Shown here piece by piece: positions 60,994-64,000 of a stretch of 64,000 nucleotides of DNA. The position numbers and the translations under genes are program-made. Source of the DNA: an uncultured Lachnospiraceae bacterium (GTDB lineage: Bacteria; Bacillota; Clostridia; Lachnospirales; Lachnospiraceae); contig CANSTU010000009.1 of NCBI GenBank assembly GCA_947650005.1, forward strand, positions 4,743-68,742, given 5' to 3'. The notes under the pieces are model-generated. The model was not told the origin of the DNA and did not search any database. It saw only the letters and a list, made by a program, of their open reading frames with translations. Every line of letters starts with the position of its first letter. The stretch's first letter is position 1.

Positions 60994-63317
60994 GTCAGTT
61001 CCGCCAGATACAGTTTCACCTTTTCTCTGATCTGCTCCATCCCCTCCTGGATGCCGATTTCTCCGCATAGCACCCTTTCTCCGGTTTCCAACACTGCCTG
61101 TTCCACCCTTCCTCCGGCGAGATAAGGTGTATGCAGGCCGGAAATAAGCTTTTCCAGCTCCACGCGCTCCTCTTCATTTGGCCAGTATAAATCCAACGTG
61201 CGCACGCTTCCGTCCTCCTGCGCTATCCCCATAGATCCAAATGCGCCTTCCTCCATGCCTCCTTCGAACAGTTCTTGGAAGCTCGACCGATTTACCGGAT
61301 AAATTTCCTGTCTGGAGAGGATCTCTGCGGAGAGGATCAGCCTCACAAACTCCTTCGCCAATTCCTCTTCTCCTGCTCTGGCGGAGATTCCCACCAGCCC
61401 CTTTGCCTCAAAAACCCCCTCAACCATTCCGGGGGCAGGTATAAAATCCATCGTTTCATTCAGACGGCGCACGGAGATTAAATTGGTATAATCCAGATTC
61501 ACACCTCCCGATTTCCCCATTACCATGGGAACCGACCCATAAGCCGCCTCCACCACATTCCACGAGATATCCGTTGCCCCATCCAAGAATTCCTGCCTTC
61601 TTCCGTCCTTTCCCCTATGCGTATTCATATATTTTTCCTGCTGTGCCTCCGTAATACCCCTATTTTCCGCCTCATAGATCTGCTTCGCCAGGGTCAAAAA
61701 CGTTTCCACCGCTTCCTCCTCCATCGTCCCGTCCTCTCTTGTCCAGGCCGGCGCACAGGAGGGCGCCAGCAAGGCCAGAACCACTTCCGGCACATAGGCC
61801 TGCAGAACTGACCCCTCCGGGTACAGCCTGCGCAAATCCTCCGCTGCCTTTGCAAGGCTGCTCAAATCGTCTATTCTATCCACACTCTCTTTTTCTCCAT
61901 ACAGTAATGGGATCTCAAATCCGGTGGGAATTACCATCAGCCCGCTTTCCCGCCGAAAGGCCTCCGCGATGTTTTCAAAAAAGGATTCCTTTTCCTTTAA
62001 TTCCTGATAGAGTGGCTCCAGATCGATGAGCATCCCCTTCTTCATCCAGGCATCCAGAGGAAGGCCGTCCAGCAAGAGCACGTCCGGTCCTTCCCCGGCC
62101 AGGATCCGGGTATTCAGCGCCTTAACCGCATCCTCCATCGTCTGTCCATCCTCTCCGGACAGTCCGACTTCATAGGAAACTTCCACCTCCGGATGATCCT
62201 TCTGGTATGCGCGTACCGCCTGCTGAATTACCCTGCTTTGCTCCAAACTATAAATCGCCAACTCCCGTTCCGGCTGCGCCGATTCGCCTTCCTTATAGGA
62301 GACATGGCCCAATCCCGTATGGTACAAAAACAGCGCCTCACCCTGCTGCACGTCCATCCCATACAATGCCACGGACGGATCACCCAACTCACAGCGCGGC
62401 CCAGACAGAATCCGTTCCGGTTCTTTCCAGCCCTGCATATATCGGTACACCCCATCCCTGCAGCCCAGCCAGACCGTTCCATCCTCCCCGATCGCAGATA
62501 TGAACAGGTAATTACTGCCCGTATAGTGAATGGGAAATTCTCCATCTTTACTCAGTCCAGAAACAAAACGTCCCAGCACATCGTCCTCTCCCGACAGTTC
62601 CCCGGCCTGATCGTCATACCAATATGCTTTTGTCCGGCCAAAGAAGAGCATCCTCTTTTCGGAAAAGCAAGCCGCCTCAATCTGCTCGGATGCCTCGAAA
62701 AGTATCCTAGTTTCCCCCGTATCCTGATCCGTCTCATACACTCCCTTTCCCTGGGATACTAAGAGTTTCCCATCCGGTGTGTACCAGCAATTGGACAGAT
62801 ACCCATAAGCCTCGCTGCCAAAGGGAAGCTCCAGTTCCTTTTTCTCTCCGTCCAAAGACAGAATCATATACCGCAGATCCGTCTGTAATCCCCCTCCATC
62901 CTCTTTTTCCTCCGTATCCTCCCCCGGATCCCCAAAGGACTGGTATTCCAAAAATAGTCTCCCATCTCTTCCCGCCGCACAGTTCATATAATAACCTTCT
63001 CCCACATACCCGATCCAGTCCTCATACTGCCGCTCCCAGCTCTTTCCTTCGTCTTCAGACCGGAAAGGCCCCTGATTATAATCAAATATCAGAAGGCTTC
63101 CATCCTCCAAACGTACAGGCCCTGCCAGACGTCCTATCTCCCCCATACCCTCAGGGAAGGGGGAGATCTCCTCCCGATATGTTCCCTCCATCCGGGATAC
63201 CTCCCGCTCCTTGTTTTCTTCCTGCTCCTTATGGCTGCCTCCGCAGCCGGAAAACATCAGGGCTGCCGCTAACAGAAGCGACAGGATGCTGCCTGCTGAC
63301 GTCCCCTTTTTCATCAT
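60990..63317 (-). CDS. Large lipoprotein: N-terminal ~330-aa extra domain fused to an extracellular solute-binding (SBP) domain
   Basis: I start it at MMKKGTSAGSILSLLLAAALMFSGC (lipobox Cys), with AGGAAGG upstream. The C-terminal half, YQKDHPEVEVSYEVG...ILAGEGPDVLLLDGLPLDAWMKKGML, is SBP-like. The N-terminal half has repeated strand-turn patterns (DGSLLIFD, DGRLFLEY, DGKLLVSQ, DGTVWLGC). Confidence 0.7.
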   Translation of the reverse strand: MMKKGTSAGSILSLLLAAALMFSGCGGSHKEQEENKEREVSRMEGTYREEISPFPEGMGEIGRLAGPVRLEDGSLLIFDYNQGPFRSEDEGKSWERQYEDWIGYVGEGYYMNCAAGRDGRLFLEYQSFGDPGEDTEEKEDGGGLQTDLRYMILSLDGEKKELELPFGSEAYGYLSNCWYTPDGKLLVSQGKGVYETDQDTGETRILFEASEQIEAACFSEKRMLFFGRTKAYWYDDQAGELSGEDDVLGRFVSGLSKDGEFPIHYTGSNYLFISAIGEDGTVWLGCRDGVYRYMQGWKEPERILSGPRCELGDPSVALYGMDVQQGEALFLYHTGLGHVSYKEGESAQPERELAIYSLEQSRVIQQAVRAYQKDHPEVEVSYEVGLSGEDGQTMEDAVKALNTRILAGEGPDVLLLDGLPLDAWMKKGMLIDLEPLYQELKEKESFFENIAEAFRRESGLMVIPTGFEIPLLYGEKESVDRIDDLSSLAKAAEDLRRLYPEGSVLQAYVPEVVLALLAPSCAPAWTREDGTMEEEAVETFLTLAKQIYEAENRGITEAQQEKYMNTHRGKDGRRQEFLDGATDISWNVVEAAYGSVPMVMGKSGGVNLDYTNLISVRRLNETMDFIPAPGMVEGVFEAKGLVGISARAGEEELAKEFVRLILSAEILSRQEIYPVNRSSFQELFEGGMEEGAFGSMGIAQEDGSVRTLDLYWPNEEERVELEKLISGLHTPYLAGGRVEQAVLETGERVLCGEIGIQEGMEQIREKVKLYLAELT

Positions 63318-63530
63318 GGCCGATACCTTCCTTTCCGTTTTGTTTCCCATTTCTGGGCTGTTGATACGGACTCTACTTACAGTCTACTTTCCGGCACATA
63401 CCTCTTTTGGTATATCCGTCTTCGCCTTTACTCTATCAGCCATTCCTTATTATTTTTCCCGATAAAATTCTTACGAATTTCTTACAAAACACTCAGGGAG
63501 CGATATTCTCCTTTAGCGGTTCAGACAGCA

Positions 63531-63580
63531 AAATAAAAAACTCATGGTTAGCCTCCCATATATTGGAGTCAAACCATGAG
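63531..63580 (-). terminator. Rho-independent terminator after the LRR gene
   Basis: On the minus strand: CUCAUGGUU ... AACCAUGAG (with an inner CUCC/GGAG helix) followed by UUUUUUAUUUU. It begins 28 nt after the stop codon. Confidence 0.7.
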
Positions 63581-63608
63581 CTATTAAAATTTGCTGTCAA
63601 CAAACCGC

Positions 63609-64000
63609 CTAATACTGTATCTCACAATTAGGCAGCGCTTCCATCAGTTCCCGCATCGCATCAACATCCTCTGTCACCTTACAATTATACAGATATAAAT
63701 AAGACAACTGCTTCAATCCATATATATTCTGCAGTTCTTTTGCATCTCTAATCCCTTCCAGCTGCAAAGACTGCAGCCTTTTCAATCCGCTTACGAAGGA
63801 CAGATCCGCAAGTTCTAACGAATCACGATCCACCTGATCATTCCAATCCACATGAATGGACAGGTTCTCCAGCCAGCCCAGCCGTGAAATCGCCTGGCGG
63901 TCTATCTCATCCCAGCCCTGGATGTTCAGACTTCTCAGCTTGCTGCATTGCGCCAGCACGGAATAATCCGCAAGCTGGCTATCCTCCATGCTAAGGTATT
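63609..64000 (-). CDS. Leucine-rich-repeat protein, C-terminal part (the ORF stays open to the right edge)
   Basis: Repeats of about 22-24 aa: LRSLNIQGW..., LENLSIHVDW..., LKRLQSLQLEGI..., LKQLSYLYLYNC... The frame remains open upstream of the track's ATG (63989) to position 64000. By eye it is more AT-rich than its neighbours. Confidence 0.6.
   Translation of the reverse strand, partial: YLSMEDSQLADYSVLAQCSKLRSLNIQGWDEIDRQAISRLGWLENLSIHVDWNDQVDRDSLELADLSFVSGLKRLQSLQLEGIRDAKELQNIYGLKQLSYLYLYNCKVTEDVDAMRELMEALPNCEIQY

Noticed and set aside
1-64000. Prophage, integrative element, CRISPR-Cas, restriction-modification or other classical defence islands.
   Set aside because: I recognised no integrase, recombinase, transposase, phage structural gene, cas gene, methylase/endonuclease pair or tRNA attachment site in any frame of the window.

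Overview
This 64-kb segment looks like the chromosome of a spore-forming, Clostridia-type Firmicute. That is inferred from ytvI-, bofA- and yaaL/DUF2508-like genes, GGAGG ribosome-binding sites, a lipobox lipoprotein and the overall gene content; I cannot verify the taxon. I support about 50 protein-coding genes, most on the minus strand. By eye I found no rRNA, tRNA, CRISPR array, transposase, integrase or phage genes.

Housekeeping genes include rluA-like, ahcY, pgi, murG, glgB, a PerR-like regulator with a reverse rubrerythrin, a rhomboid protease and a HIT protein. These are interleaved with accessory blocks.

The regions most worth a second look:
1. A roughly 9.7-kb secretin-less Tad/Flp-type pilus-like operon (31.1-40.8 kb). 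It carries clostridial-type accessory genes, a TadE-like protein with a duplicated Cys/His module, and a terminal membrane FHA protein.
2. A 4.5-kb gene (43.8-48.3 kb) for a 1509-aa protein: N-terminal TPR-like region, two in-frame tandem-repeat arrays (42-nt and 72-nt periods), and a C-terminal SpoVK/CbxX-like AAA+ domain whose Walker motifs look degenerate.
3. A roughly 9-kb minus-strand gene string (54.3-63.3 kb): a very large solute-binding lipoprotein, two MalFG-type permeases, an HlyD-like adaptor with an acidic coiled-coil insert, a LytTR/GHKL two-component system preceded by a 9-12-9 direct-repeat promoter, and a small FlxA-like protein.
4. An ABC-F (ARE-like) gene behind a roughly 390-nt leader with two terminator hairpins.
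5. A promoter-to-terminator unit of about 200 nt with no convincing ORF, between the cofE-like and mutS2-like genes.

Smaller items: a TetR promoter/operator followed by an internally deleted MFS gene, a 32-bp inverted repeat between murG and hit, and a weak recurrent intergenic motif. All calls come from reading the sequence and the ORF track by hand; no searches were run.
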